DNA from: a virus
Taxonomy: Duplodnaviria > Caudoviricetes
Virus record (IMG/VR): IMGVR_UViG_3300017716_002065
Coordinates: 1-45,629 of that record
Strand: one strand, 5' to 3'
Length of the DNA stretch: 45,629 nucleotides
Part shown: positions 9,941 to 19,490 of the stretch, piece by piece
Layout of the letters: each line of letters starts with the position of its first letter
Position numbering within the stretch: the first letter of the stretch is position 1
Position numbers and translations under genes: made by a program
Notes under the pieces: generated by a model
Seen by the model: only the letters and a program-made list of their open reading frames with translations
Told to the model about the DNA's origin: nothing
The model's database searches: none

Positions 9941-10195
9941 CTACTTGGTCCCGACCGGACCCTTGGTGAAGAAACGGAGGTAGGTGTTGATCATGGCGAT
10001 GAGGGCCATTACGCCCGCGATAGCGCCATCAACAGCACCGGCAACTTGGTCGAATTGCGCGCCGACAACTTCCGGCGTGACACCGGCCATTTCAGCGGCG
10101 GGCAGCGCGCCAACAGCGATCAGAGCAGCGATAGCGAGAGCCACACCGTTCGCGATAAGCGTGCGATAACCCTTGATAGTGTTCAGGAATTCCAT
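9941..10195 (-). CDS. 84-aa two-TM membrane protein, holin-like (MEFLNTIKGYRTLIANG...LRFFTKGPVGTK)
   Basis: KGYRT...LRFFTxGPVG pattern of phage holin-like proteins; AAGGG RBS; the longer ORF-track start (10525) overlaps the upstream gene. Confidence 0.65.
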   Translation of the reverse strand: MEFLNTIKGYRTLIANGVALAIAALIAVGALPAAEMAGVTPEVVGAQFDQVAGAVDGAIAGVMALIAMINTYLRFFTKGPVGTK

Positions 10196-10217
10196 AAACG
10201 TACCCTTTTTGCTGCTT

Positions 10218-10255
10218 GTCCTGAATTTGTAGCCATTGCCAAAAGCGGACGCAAG
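10218..10255 (-). promoter_or_regulatory. Putative internal sigma70-type promoter
   Basis: TTGCGT-N17-TACAAA on the minus strand; its CAATGG pre -10 segment resembles the terL promoter. Confidence 0.35.
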
Positions 10256-10256
10256 C

Positions 10257-11105
10257 TTAGAAAATCTCCGTAATAACCACGATTCCGTCGCCACCCTTGC
10301 CGCCAGCGCCACCAGTTGTACCGCCGCCGCCACCCCCGCCGCCAGAGCCGATACCGCCAGGGCCACCAGCGCCGCCGACACCAGCGTTGCTAGAGCCACC
10401 ACCAGAGCCACCACAGGAAACGAGCGGCTTCCACAGCGTAATTCCGCCTGCGCCGGGGTTTGAACCCGCAGCACCGCCCGCAATCTGAGGAACGAAGCCG
10501 GTTGCAGTGATAGCGCCACCAGCAAAGTCAGCAGCAGTCACACCGCCACCGCCAGCGCCACCCGAGTTAAGTCTGGTTGTGGCCACGGCACCGCCAGCCG
10601 CCCCCGTTTGCGCGCCGCCAGCCGAGCCAGCAAGGCCAGCAATGGACAGGAAGGTCCCATAAGCGGAGAAGAAACCGTCCGTACCGATAGCGCCAGCAGT
10701 GCCGCCAGTACCCGCAGCCGCACCCGTTCCGTTACCACCAGGACCGCCGCCGTTGACCCGGTAAACAGCAACGTTTGCGGTAAATGAAATAGGCCGGAAA
10801 CTCATGAATGTGTCGCCACCAGCGGCAGATAGGCCACCCTGCCCCACGCTGAAATAAATCGTGTCAGGCATCAGCAGCGTGGGAATCATAAAGCGCGCCA
10901 GACCACCGCAGCCACCGCCACCGCCGCCACCACGAGCCGCAGCAGCAGCAGCCGAGAAGCCAGAACCCCCGCCACCGCCAGCGCCAATCATCAGAATTTG
11001 CAGCGCCACAGTGTTAGGTGGCACGGCATAGGAGTGGAAATCACCCTTGGAGGTAAGGATGGTTGTCCGCTTATCTACCCTGATATTTGGGACTTCAGCG
11101 AACAT
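10257..11105 (-). CDS. Glycine-rich tail fibre-associated protein
   Basis: IGAGGGGGSG...GGKGGDGIVVI glycine-rich domain. Confidence 0.75.
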   Translation of the reverse strand: MFAEVPNIRVDKRTTILTSKGDFHSYAVPPNTVALQILMIGAGGGGGSGFSAAAAAARGGGGGGGCGGLARFMIPTLLMPDTIYFSVGQGGLSAAGGDTFMSFRPISFTANVAVYRVNGGGPGGNGTGAAAGTGGTAGAIGTDGFFSAYGTFLSIAGLAGSAGGAQTGAAGGAVATTRLNSGGAGGGGVTAADFAGGAITATGFVPQIAGGAAGSNPGAGGITLWKPLVSCGGSGGGSSNAGVGGAGGPGGIGSGGGGGGGGTTGGAGGKGGDGIVVITEIF

Positions 11106-11524
11106 TAGTAGTTGCCCGCAACAGTCGTGACCGCGAAGCCACCAGCAACGATGGTGCCGAACGTGACATAAATTCGCCAGCCGGGAGGAAGCGCAATGTT
11201 CATGGGAACGTCATAGCCCAGGAGAGCCGCGACTTCCGAGTTGGTTGTGGCCGGAAGCGTAATCTCGTCATAGAGCATGTTGTTCGCGAGCGTGGCCGTA
11301 GTCAGGCCGTTGTTCAGGAACACGCGCATAACCGTTGCAACGTTGGTCCCCTTGGGCCTTACCCGGAGCTTTTGCACGAACGAGCCGTCCGTAACGTCGG
11401 CGGTATACACAAGGTAAATCGTGCCAGCCGTCAGGTCTTTCGTGGTGTTGGCGACGATACCCGCAGCCGAGTCGTTCGCAATGCTGGGGACGTTCGTGAA
11501 AATCGGAATTGTATTGGCAACCAT
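11105..11524 (-). CDS. Small beta-rich tail-associated protein (139 aa)
   Basis: Position; ANTxPIF...LYDEITLPAT...LPPGWRIYV pattern often paired with glycine-rich proteins. Confidence 0.6.
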   Translation of the reverse strand: MVANTIPIFTNVPSIANDSAAGIVANTTKDLTAGTIYLVYTADVTDGSFVQKLRVRPKGTNVATVMRVFLNNGLTTATLANNMLYDEITLPATTNSEVAALLGYDVPMNIALPPGWRIYVTFGTIVAGGFAVTTVAGNY

Positions 11525-11536
11525 AATTAATACCTC

Positions 11537-13882
11537 TTAAAAGAAAGTAGACGCGCGAAGTGCGAAGTACATACCGTAGTCGTATGTTGAAGCGCCACCG
11601 CCTGGGATGGTGATTGTAGCCACGCCACCGCCACCGTTTGTAGCCGTAACTCCAGCGCCAACAAAGTTAAGAGTTGTGGCCGGGGTGAGGATGGCAATAC
11701 CTTCGTCCTGCACGTTGACGCCGGAGCCAGCCGTGGGAGCCGCCCAGACGACATCGGTGCCGTTATAAGTGAGGACGTGGCCGGAAGTAGTAGCCGCAAT
11801 ATCCGCAATCGGTCCGACAGTGTTACCGGCGCGACCCAGGACAGAGTTCGCAGCGTGGCCAGCAATGGATGAATAAATCGTGTTTATGTTAACGCCGTTG
11901 TCGAAGTAGTCGTTGGCATTAACCGTTCCGAAGCCGGTGTTTCCAAGCCCCTCGGCCCGCAAAGTTCCGTCTTGCTCCATGTTCCACTTGGTGGACGCTA
12001 TGGCTGCGCCGTTGGTGATGTTCTGGAACACATGCCGCGTGCCACGCGCCGTGCCGCTCCACGTCTCCGTTGCCACAATCTGTACGTTGCCGCCGCCTGC
12101 GTAGGCGGAGGTGTCCCAGCCAAACGCTGTCATGGCTACGAGGATGTCAGCGTTAACAACTCCCGTCTTGGCGGCGTTGGTGCCGTTAGCTCGCCTGCCT
12201 GTGAAGGAGGTGTTGGTTCCAAAGGCGTCGAGCGTGATGCGCGCGACTTGGCCGTCCAGCGCGCCGATTTGAAGGGCGTTACCAGCAGACGGGGCAGGCA
12301 GCGCCGAGGTGTTGAGATTGATCGTCTGCACTTGCGTGAAGACGTTGGCCGCAGCAAGACCAGCATAAATCGTGTTGATGTTCACGCCATCATCGAAGTA
12401 GTTAATAGCGTTGACTGTACCGTTGCCGGTTACTCCAAGCGAATCGGCCCGGAAAGTCCCGTCGTTATCGACGCTCCATCTTGAGCCGACGCCAGCAGCG
12501 CCGTTGGTGGTTGTCGCGAAGTTTATTCGCGTACCCTGTGCGGTGTCGGTCCAGGCTTCGGTCGTAACATAAGTAATGGTCGCGCGTGCCGCTGCGCTGT
12601 ACCCTGTCGCACCGTAGCCAAACCCGCCCAACACAAACAGCGTCTCTGAGCTGAGCACGGCGGTTGGAGCGGCTGCGGTTCCGTTGGACCTTCTGCTAGT
12701 GATGTTGGGGATGCCCCCAAAAGCATCCAGCGTGAGTCGCGAGTTGGCCGCATCAACCCCGCCGATATGAAGCGCAGTGTTCGCTGGAGGCGCAGGAAGA
12801 GCCGCTGCGTTGAGATCGATAGTCTGGATAGCAGTGAAGACGTTGGCGGAAGCAAGCCCAGCGTAGATAGTATTGATATTTACGCCATCGTCAAAGTAGT
12901 TGATAGCGTTGACGGTGCCGTTGCCAGTGAGTGCGCCGGAAGCGTGGATCAGCGACCCATCGTTTTCCACAAACCATCGGGCAGACTGCGACGCTGCCCC
13001 GTTTGGCGTAGTTGCGAGAACAAGGCGCGTGCCTTGGGCGGCATCGCTCCAGTTTTCGGACGCAATGACCGTAACCGAGCCCCTGTGAGACGTAGAGTAT
13101 AGCGTTGAGCCGTAGCCGTAGCCGCGCATGGCGACGAGGGTATTTCCACTCTGCACGGCAGTTGGAGTGCCTGGAACGCCTTGAGCGCGCCTGCCACCAA
13201 AAACGGGAGGCCCAGCGAAACTGTCGGACCAGATAAGCGCATCCGCTCCGGTTGAGCCCACAATCCTGAGTTCATCGGCACCGAATGCGGTGGGTACGGC
13301 AGCGCCGCTTTTGTTGACGATCAGGTTGCCGGTCATCGTGTCGCCAGCCTTAGCGACCTTCTCCGTGTCAAGCTCGTTAACAGCCGCCTGAACATCGGTA
13401 GCGACGATATTGCCAGCAGCAACGTTGGTTACTTGCGAGGCCGTGTAGTCGCCAGCGACAGCGACAACGTTGCCCGTGCGCCCGAACACATCCGTGACAG
13501 CGCCACCACCACCGCCGCCACCGCCAGAAGTATTCGAGGAAATTGCCCAGCCGGATTCGTCCGTCCAGGTGAGGGATTTCCCGACCGGGACAGTATCGCG
13601 CCAAACGATTGTTTCTACACCAGAAACATCAATAACGATGGTCAGCGTCAGGACCGATGCGCCAGCGTTGTAGATATTAATGTTTTTTATTTGCCGCTGC
13701 GTGGAAGCTGCCGGAGCCGCCAGGATCGTGACGTTGGTCGTGCTGTTGGTGACAGAAAGCTGCTGCCCGCCCGTGAGGGTGGTTGCCGTAAGGTCACCAT
13801 ACGAAACCTGAATAGGCCATTGGACGCTGGGAACACCAGACAGCCGAGCAATTACCGTATTCGTGGTGGCGACAAGAATCAT
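11537..13882 (-). CDS. Tail fibre protein with three ~165-aa tandem repeats
   Basis: VTDVFGRTGNV, DVQAAVNEL, KAGDTMTGNL fibre motifs; YFD(D/N)GVNINTIY three times. Confidence 0.8.
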   Translation of the reverse strand: MILVATTNTVIARLSGVPSVQWPIQVSYGDLTATTLTGGQQLSVTNSTTNVTILAAPAASTQRQIKNINIYNAGASVLTLTIVIDVSGVETIVWRDTVPVGKSLTWTDESGWAISSNTSGGGGGGGGAVTDVFGRTGNVVAVAGDYTASQVTNVAAGNIVATDVQAAVNELDTEKVAKAGDTMTGNLIVNKSGAAVPTAFGADELRIVGSTGADALIWSDSFAGPPVFGGRRAQGVPGTPTAVQSGNTLVAMRGYGYGSTLYSTSHRGSVTVIASENWSDAAQGTRLVLATTPNGAASQSARWFVENDGSLIHASGALTGNGTVNAINYFDDGVNINTIYAGLASANVFTAIQTIDLNAAALPAPPANTALHIGGVDAANSRLTLDAFGGIPNITSRRSNGTAAAPTAVLSSETLFVLGGFGYGATGYSAAARATITYVTTEAWTDTAQGTRINFATTTNGAAGVGSRWSVDNDGTFRADSLGVTGNGTVNAINYFDDGVNINTIYAGLAAANVFTQVQTINLNTSALPAPSAGNALQIGALDGQVARITLDAFGTNTSFTGRRANGTNAAKTGVVNADILVAMTAFGWDTSAYAGGGNVQIVATETWSGTARGTRHVFQNITNGAAIASTKWNMEQDGTLRAEGLGNTGFGTVNANDYFDNGVNINTIYSSIAGHAANSVLGRAGNTVGPIADIAATTSGHVLTYNGTDVVWAAPTAGSGVNVQDEGIAILTPATTLNFVGAGVTATNGGGGVATITIPGGGASTYDYGMYFALRASTFF

Positions 13883-13883
13883 G

Positions 13884-14891
13884 CTAAAATCCTAGCGAAA
13901 CCCTAACCATTACATCGCCGTGGGCCAAGCCCCCACCGCCGCCGCCCGAGGTAAATTCGGCTTCCAGCCACAGGCCGTGCTGCACCGTGCTTGACGAGGC
14001 CGATGGAGCCTGGAGTGCAGAGAGCGTGAGCGTGTTATAATCGTGAACCTGCACTTCCGAGTCGCCTGGGGCGTTCATTTCCCAGAAAGCCGAGGCAGAC
14101 GTGGCGCTTTGGGCAATATCCGTAACCCGGCAGACCGTGGTGCCGATGCCCGAGGCGTTGGTGAGGCAGACTACGTAGGGTATGTTGGCCAGCATGGTTA
14201 CTGGTGTGGCGAAATCGAAGCGCACAGCCCTGACGTTGGTATCAATCGCGTTGTAGGCGTTCGTGGTCCCCAGGACAGACTGAATTACGCCGCCCGCCAC
14301 GGTATTAATATCCGCAATTACGCAGCGGTGAGACTGGCCAGCGCCAGCACTGTCGTAGACCGCCCAGACAGCGTAAATCGTGATATCTTCACGGGGGACG
14401 AATACCGTACCCTTGGTAGCCTGAGCGGTAGTAGAGACGCCAGTAGGGACGCCAGAGGCTCCATTGAAGTAACCGCCGCCACCGCCACCTCCAGTGGGTG
14501 GGACAATCCACGAAGGATCAGCACCAGCGCCGTTTGTGGAGAGTAGGTATCCCAGCGTTCCAGGAGCCAGGGCCTGCCATGCGGCTGCACCTCTATAGAC
14601 AACAGAACCGTGGACTGTAGTAATTTGGTCCAGGATTTCCTGCACGTCTGCCGTCAGGGTGATCGGCGCATCCTTGAGCAAGCCACCGCCATCCAGGCCG
14701 GAGCCAGCGATAATTTCCGCATTTTCCAGCGAGGCAATATCCCGCTCAATACCGGCGAGCGAGTAGACGTAATCAACCAGCCTGTTCCATTGCGTCGCGA
14801 AAAAGCCGGTAGCCTGACGGTTCTCCTCCACGATGGGAGCGAAGCCGATAGGGTCAACACGCCGCTCTCTGACGGTCTTAGGAGTCGCCAT
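13884..14891 (-). CDS. Tail protein (needle/fibre-like; MATPKTVRERR...)
   Basis: AGSGLDGGG, WQALAPGTLGYLLSTNGAGADPSW fibre motifs; immediately follows the gp10-C gene. Confidence 0.65.
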   Translation of the reverse strand: MATPKTVRERRVDPIGFAPIVEENRQATGFFATQWNRLVDYVYSLAGIERDIASLENAEIIAGSGLDGGGLLKDAPITLTADVQEILDQITTVHGSVVYRGAAAWQALAPGTLGYLLSTNGAGADPSWIVPPTGGGGGGGYFNGASGVPTGVSTTAQATKGTVFVPREDITIYAVWAVYDSAGAGQSHRCVIADINTVAGGVIQSVLGTTNAYNAIDTNVRAVRFDFATPVTMLANIPYVVCLTNASGIGTTVCRVTDIAQSATSASAFWEMNAPGDSEVQVHDYNTLTLSALQAPSASSSTVQHGLWLEAEFTSGGGGGGLAHGDVMVRVSLGF

Positions 14892-15684
14892 CACCATCCC
14901 CCAAAAGTACCTTGAGAGACTGAATACGCCTGAGGGTGCCTTCATCGCTGATCTTGTAGATGCGACCGGGAGCCCTGACGCTGCCGAGGTCATAGAACAT
15001 CACGTTGGCGTCCCTAACTCCGGGCGCTACTGATACTGTTCTCGTCGGTGAGAAGCTGTTGCCCTCGTCGTCAGAGAAGCTGAGGTTGATATTTCCGCCT
15101 CGTAGGCCCACGGACCCAAAGAGTTGCGCCTCCGGGTTTTTGACATAGCGCCGACTTTGGCTCTCCACCCGGCCCGATGCAACAAATTCATTCGATCTAA
15201 ATGAGTCATCCAGGACTGCGTCGGGGTCAATTTCAACCAGTGTGCTATCAAGCAGGCTGGACGCATAGAATTTATCCCCCCATTTTTCGTGGTAGCGCGC
15301 GTTCCAGAGTTCAAGGTCGCCAGACGCATACTGCGCCCACTGACCCGTGGTGCGGTCTAGTACATAGGTTCCGTAGCCCTCGACATGAATGCCGTAGTTG
15401 TAGTGGCCATCCAGGTTGTAGGCAAATGAGCTAACCGTATCCGGCAAAGGCGGGATTATGCCGGTAGCGCACACCGCGATGACGTTTTGATGTTGAACCC
15501 GTGCCGCCACCGTGTTTATTCCAGCCGTTGTTAGAACTACGTTTGCGTATTGGACTCGGAGTCGGCTTGCGACTTCACCGCCTGTGACGATGATTTGCTC
15601 ACTTTGAACCCGCGCAACGCCGCTTGAGCCACCGCTAACAGCGATAGCATCCTGCTTAGGTACGCGAAGACTCGAATCAGCCAC
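14878..15684 (-). CDS. C-terminal part of a P22 gp10-like tail hub, preceded by a ~80-aa repeated beta segment
   Basis: YNLDGHYNY...TYVLDRTTGQW, LSFSDDEGNSFS, YDLGSVRAPGRIYKISD match the gp10-family C-terminal third. Confidence 0.7.
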   Translation of the reverse strand: MADSSLRVPKQDAIAVSGGSSGVARVQSEQIIVTGGEVASRLRVQYANVVLTTAGINTVAARVQHQNVIAVCATGIIPPLPDTVSSFAYNLDGHYNYGIHVEGYGTYVLDRTTGQWAQYASGDLELWNARYHEKWGDKFYASSLLDSTLVEIDPDAVLDDSFRSNEFVASGRVESQSRRYVKNPEAQLFGSVGLRGGNINLSFSDDEGNSFSPTRTVSVAPGVRDANVMFYDLGSVRAPGRIYKISDEGTLRRIQSLKVLLGDGDGDS

Positions 15685-15685
15685 A

Positions 15686-16150
15686 CTATGCGGTCCTTAC
15701 ATATTCTGCCAATCGAAGGAACACTTCTGGGTCCGTGCAGTCAGACTTCATGGCGTTTGCCTTGTGGCTAATTACACGGACGTTTCCGCGAACATGGCCT
15801 TTTTCTGGGAAAATCCTATCAATGCTTGGGCTGCTTGCCTTGCTTTTGTTAGTTGAAATCTCAAGCCTGATGCCGAGAATCGGGCAAAACTCCGGGATGA
15901 TGATATCCTCTGGCGTCAGGTCAAACGGGATGCCCCGCGACTTGCATACACACCTTTTTTGGTTGACCGCGAGGATGGCCCAATTGCCGATGTTTCGCCT
16001 TGGTTTTTGGGCTCTGTAATATTCCCTTTTCTGGGCCTTCCTGCGCTCGTGAAGCTCCGGGTTGGAATAAACGCGGTCCTTCCGGCGCTGCTCACTAGCA
16101 CGCTTTCCAGCCGCCTTTTCCTCTGCGGTGTTGTAAATTTTCTTTGGCAT
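15686..16150 (-). CDS. Free-standing HNH-type homing endonuclease
   Basis: IPFDLTPEDI, CPILG, SPSIDRIFPEKGHVRGNVRVISHKANAMKSD. Confidence 0.85.
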   Translation of the reverse strand: MPKKIYNTAEEKAAGKRASEQRRKDRVYSNPELHERRKAQKREYYRAQKPRRNIGNWAILAVNQKRCVCKSRGIPFDLTPEDIIIPEFCPILGIRLEISTNKSKASSPSIDRIFPEKGHVRGNVRVISHKANAMKSDCTDPEVFLRLAEYVRTA

Positions 16151-18273
16151 TATGCCGTTCTCGAAACCTGAATTTTTGCCCCGACAAACGCCGCGACCGT
16201 CCAGGCCGCGCCGCCGTTGGAACTGAAATAGTCGATCTGAGTAGCCGGGTTGGCTGGGGCCGCAGCGTTGAGACCCGTGGAGAGCGCCAGCGAGCTATCA
16301 ATAAACGATGGCGTGAGCGATGCTGAGCCCGCACCGAACACGGAACGTCTCGTGAACAGCGTCATGCTCTCCACAGCCGTAACGCCAGCCGGGAGGCGAT
16401 CCAGGCGATAAATGCCCGGTGCCGGAATATTCAGGCCACCCAGGAGCGTGCCAGCGCCGGAGATAATCGCACCAGCAACCGACGTGGTAAACACGATGGA
16501 GTTACCAGCCGTTCCGGGGACCAGCGCCGTGAACCGCAAGATGGCCCCAGGAAGCTGCTCAGCAGCCACGTTGGCGTTAATTACTGTGGCAGAGCCGTAG
16601 AGGGTGCCGCCACCAGATAGACCGTTGACAGCAGAGTAGAGGTTAAACAGCGTGGCTTCAGCATCCACACCGATAAGCACCTCGTTGGCCGTAACGCCGA
16701 CCGCAGCCCGGAAGGTGTAGGTGGTGCCGCCGACAGCAAGCGTAGTAGCCGCAACAGCGTTTGAAATGAATTCCACGGTTCCTGTGGCAGCAATTAGCGC
16801 GGCCTGGACAAAGGTGTCGTCGCGGGCGGTCTTGTCAATTGATTGATAGCCAAAAAGGCCGTCGTCGGTAATGAGCTGCGTTGCTACGCCGTTCTGCGTT
16901 ACCGTGCGAGCCGCGCCAGATTCGTCCACTGAGGCGGTGTCCCAGCCCATGAGGAGCTGAACCGAAGCGAAGCTTGGATCGGTGCCGACGTTGCGCCCGA
17001 AAGCCGCTACAGCAGGTGTATAGTCCGCAGCATAACGTCCCACGCCAACCGTGAAGCGGAATTCATCCACCCAGCCGTTAAAGCTATCTGCAAGGACAGT
17101 GGCGGTAGACTGACGGGCTCCAACGGTAAGGAGCGATGCGTTGTCATGGTAGGTAGCGGCGTCTGCGACTGCTGGTCCCTGGCGCTGCCCATCAATGAAC
17201 AGACGGTTGTTTCCGCCCGTGCGGCAGACTGCGATTTGGTAAGGCTCGTACAGGACGGGCGTGAATGGGAAGTCATGGATAACAACCTGCGTTCCGGAGG
17301 TGCCGCCCGTGGTGTAGGCGAATTCAAGGCGATACACACCCGCGCTTTCATACAGGCGCAGGCCCCACGACATGGCAGAGCCGGGGAACCATTTTGCGGC
17401 CAGATATTGCGACTGGCCAGCCCCAGGAAGCGCGTTCCAGCGGTAGGTGCCTTCAATGGTATACGCACCAGAGCCAACCTCAAGAGAGGCGGCATCAGCC
17501 ACGCGCCAGCCCTTGTCAGCCGTGGTCCCGAGCATTTGGCCAACGCCGGGTCCATACATGCGCCGACCAACGAAAGACCAAGCCGTAGCCGGGTCATCAG
17601 CGACCGCGTTAATTACGTAATTTCTGCGCTCAGCACCGTAGAAGCCGTTCTGGAAAGCCCCGACGCTGTCTTTAACGTTAATGCTGTCGATGTGGTAATT
17701 TGTGGAGAGGTCTACGCCTCCAGAGTCAACCTGGAGCCTGAGAATTCCAAGGGTCTGAGGAATGCTGGTAATGCTGGCGTTAAGGATTTGTGTCCCCTGC
17801 GCGTTGCGAACCTGGATAATACCGGCAGTCGGGGCGATGCGGAATTCAAACCACGTCCACTGGGCCGCAGCAATACAGACGGGGGTTTCCGCAAGCAGGG
17901 TGCCAGCGTCATTGTAGAAGCCGATAGTGCCGGAAGGGGTAAAAGCAGCGTAAATAACCCGCGCGTTTCCGGAAGTCGCGAATTCGACGCGGTGCCAGCT
18001 AACGCCACCCGGCAGGTTGGGGAGGTAGAAGCCCGCCGAGAAATAAACCTCTGTGGCAACCGTATTGGCAAACGTGGCGCGGAGATTGTTCCCCGCAACG
18101 TTGATAATCTGAAGCGATTTTGTGCCGGTACGGGCTCCGAAAGAAGGCTCAACAATCTGGAATTCGTCCGCAAAGCCGCCAGTCGGAACGTTGGACCAGA
18201 CGCCCACCATTTCCGTCGTGTCGCAGTTACCTACCGCGTACCTGTTCGGGCTGTCGTTAAATACCAGAGCCAT
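16150..18273 (-). CDS. 707-aa virion protein with concanavalin/LamG-like domain(s); putative adhesin
   Basis: YTIEGTY...IAVCRTGGNNRLFIDG...LTVGA...FNGWVDEFRFTVGVGRY LamG-like motif. Confidence 0.75.
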   Translation of the reverse strand: MALVFNDSPNRYAVGNCDTTEMVGVWSNVPTGGFADEFQIVEPSFGARTGTKSLQIINVAGNNLRATFANTVATEVYFSAGFYLPNLPGGVSWHRVEFATSGNARVIYAAFTPSGTIGFYNDAGTLLAETPVCIAAAQWTWFEFRIAPTAGIIQVRNAQGTQILNASITSIPQTLGILRLQVDSGGVDLSTNYHIDSINVKDSVGAFQNGFYGAERRNYVINAVADDPATAWSFVGRRMYGPGVGQMLGTTADKGWRVADAASLEVGSGAYTIEGTYRWNALPGAGQSQYLAAKWFPGSAMSWGLRLYESAGVYRLEFAYTTGGTSGTQVVIHDFPFTPVLYEPYQIAVCRTGGNNRLFIDGQRQGPAVADAATYHDNASLLTVGARQSTATVLADSFNGWVDEFRFTVGVGRYAADYTPAVAAFGRNVGTDPSFASVQLLMGWDTASVDESGAARTVTQNGVATQLITDDGLFGYQSIDKTARDDTFVQAALIAATGTVEFISNAVAATTLAVGGTTYTFRAAVGVTANEVLIGVDAEATLFNLYSAVNGLSGGGTLYGSATVINANVAAEQLPGAILRFTALVPGTAGNSIVFTTSVAGAIISGAGTLLGGLNIPAPGIYRLDRLPAGVTAVESMTLFTRRSVFGAGSASLTPSFIDSSLALSTGLNAAAPANPATQIDYFSSNGGAAWTVAAFVGAKIQVSRTA

Positions 18274-19490
18274 TATGCACCAAGCCTCAGAAGTTCTTCC
18301 ACGGCGTGGGTTGAAACCCGCTGTCCTGAGGTGTCCCTGACAACGAAATCCGAGTCCACGTAAACTATGTCGTCGTTTATTACCCTAGCTGTTCCAGGAA
18401 TGATACCATAACGCATGGCCCTGCCAATAATAGGCGCAAAAGGAATATCCGCGTCACCAGTGGGGGACCAGGGCTCGATGGTGGTAGCCCCGCACGCCCA
18501 GAAATTGGAGCCCACGGCAAGCACTTGGTAAACCCGGTCGGGCTCGCTTTCTGCCTCCGCGAATATTTCTACCCAGAATTCGCCGGGGCGGATGAAATAC
18601 ATGCGCTGGCTGGCATTAACCGCGACGATGACAAAGGCCGACAGGGTAGTGACCGAAATTGGCGCTTCAGCGCCTCCTTCTGGCACGGGAACCGGGATTA
18701 GCGTGTGAGTTCCCCCGTTCTGGAGCGTTGCGGAGCCCCAGGACATGGTTGCAGAGGTTTCTGTGGTCGGGAAGGTGTTGCCTGCTGCACCGGCAATCTT
18801 GGCCTCCACGATGAGCCTAGTGGCCTCTGCGCGACGCTGCTGGATATCCGGGTTGGCCGTCAGGGCGCTGGAATAGGTTCCACCGGGGGTGCCTGAGGCG
18901 TTAACTGCTTGGCCGAGGTTCTCAATGGAATCTGCTAGCGTAGTGCCGATAAGGACAAGCCATGGAAAAGCTAGTGTGCCTGCTGGCGTTCCAGTGTTCA
19001 CTCCTGACGTAACGAACTGATAGTAAACCGTGTTCATCCGAACAACGTCGCCGTTGGTGGGCTGGCCGGTAAATGTCAGGGTGCCGATGGCCTTGGACAG
19101 ACCTTCGTAATACCAGAGATTAACTCCGTCAGCGATCCACAGGCGCTCAACACCGGGGCTTGCCTGATAGGTCATCGAGACTTCGTTGGAGTTGGCCGAC
19201 AGTGTCCCCACAAGGGTTGTCTGGGTGGTGCCGTCCCAGCGGTAGAGCGTCTGGTTGGCGCACACAAACAGGTCGCCGCCGAAAAATCCGGGCTGCGAGA
19301 AATTACCACGGTGCGGAAAGCTGCCGAAATTCCGGTAATTAGTCGTCCCAGGCCGCGCAAGCAGGGCCGTATCATCAATGGTTGATGTGGGGTCGGCTTC
19401 AAAGAACCTGTTGAGAATTGGCAGCGTAACCGAGCCAGCGTAATCACGCCGCCAGAAGCTCCTCCCCAAAGGGACTTTAGTGGAGCCCAT
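18273..19490 (-). CDS. N-terminal part of a P22 gp10-like tail hub (packaged DNA stabilisation) with an inserted domain
   Basis: NRFFEADP..LLARPG, AESEPD, TIEPW.PTGDADIPF, ends at RVSTHAVEE; start ATG 19490 coupled to the gp4-like stop. Confidence 0.75.
   Translation of the reverse strand: MGSTKVPLGRSFWRRDYAGSVTLPILNRFFEADPTSTIDDTALLARPGTTNYRNFGSFPHRGNFSQPGFFGGDLFVCANQTLYRWDGTTQTTLVGTLSANSNEVSMTYQASPGVERLWIADGVNLWYYEGLSKAIGTLTFTGQPTNGDVVRMNTVYYQFVTSGVNTGTPAGTLAFPWLVLIGTTLADSIENLGQAVNASGTPGGTYSSALTANPDIQQRRAEATRLIVEAKIAGAAGNTFPTTETSATMSWGSATLQNGGTHTLIPVPVPEGGAEAPISVTTLSAFVIVAVNASQRMYFIRPGEFWVEIFAEAESEPDRVYQVLAVGSNFWACGATTIEPWSPTGDADIPFAPIIGRAMRYGIIPGTARVINDDIVYVDSDFVVRDTSGQRVSTHAVEELLRLGA

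Noticed and set aside
11537-13882. Diversity-generating retroelement TR/VR pair in the fibre repeats
   Set aside because: No reverse transcriptase in the genome, and the differences between repeats are not adenine-specific
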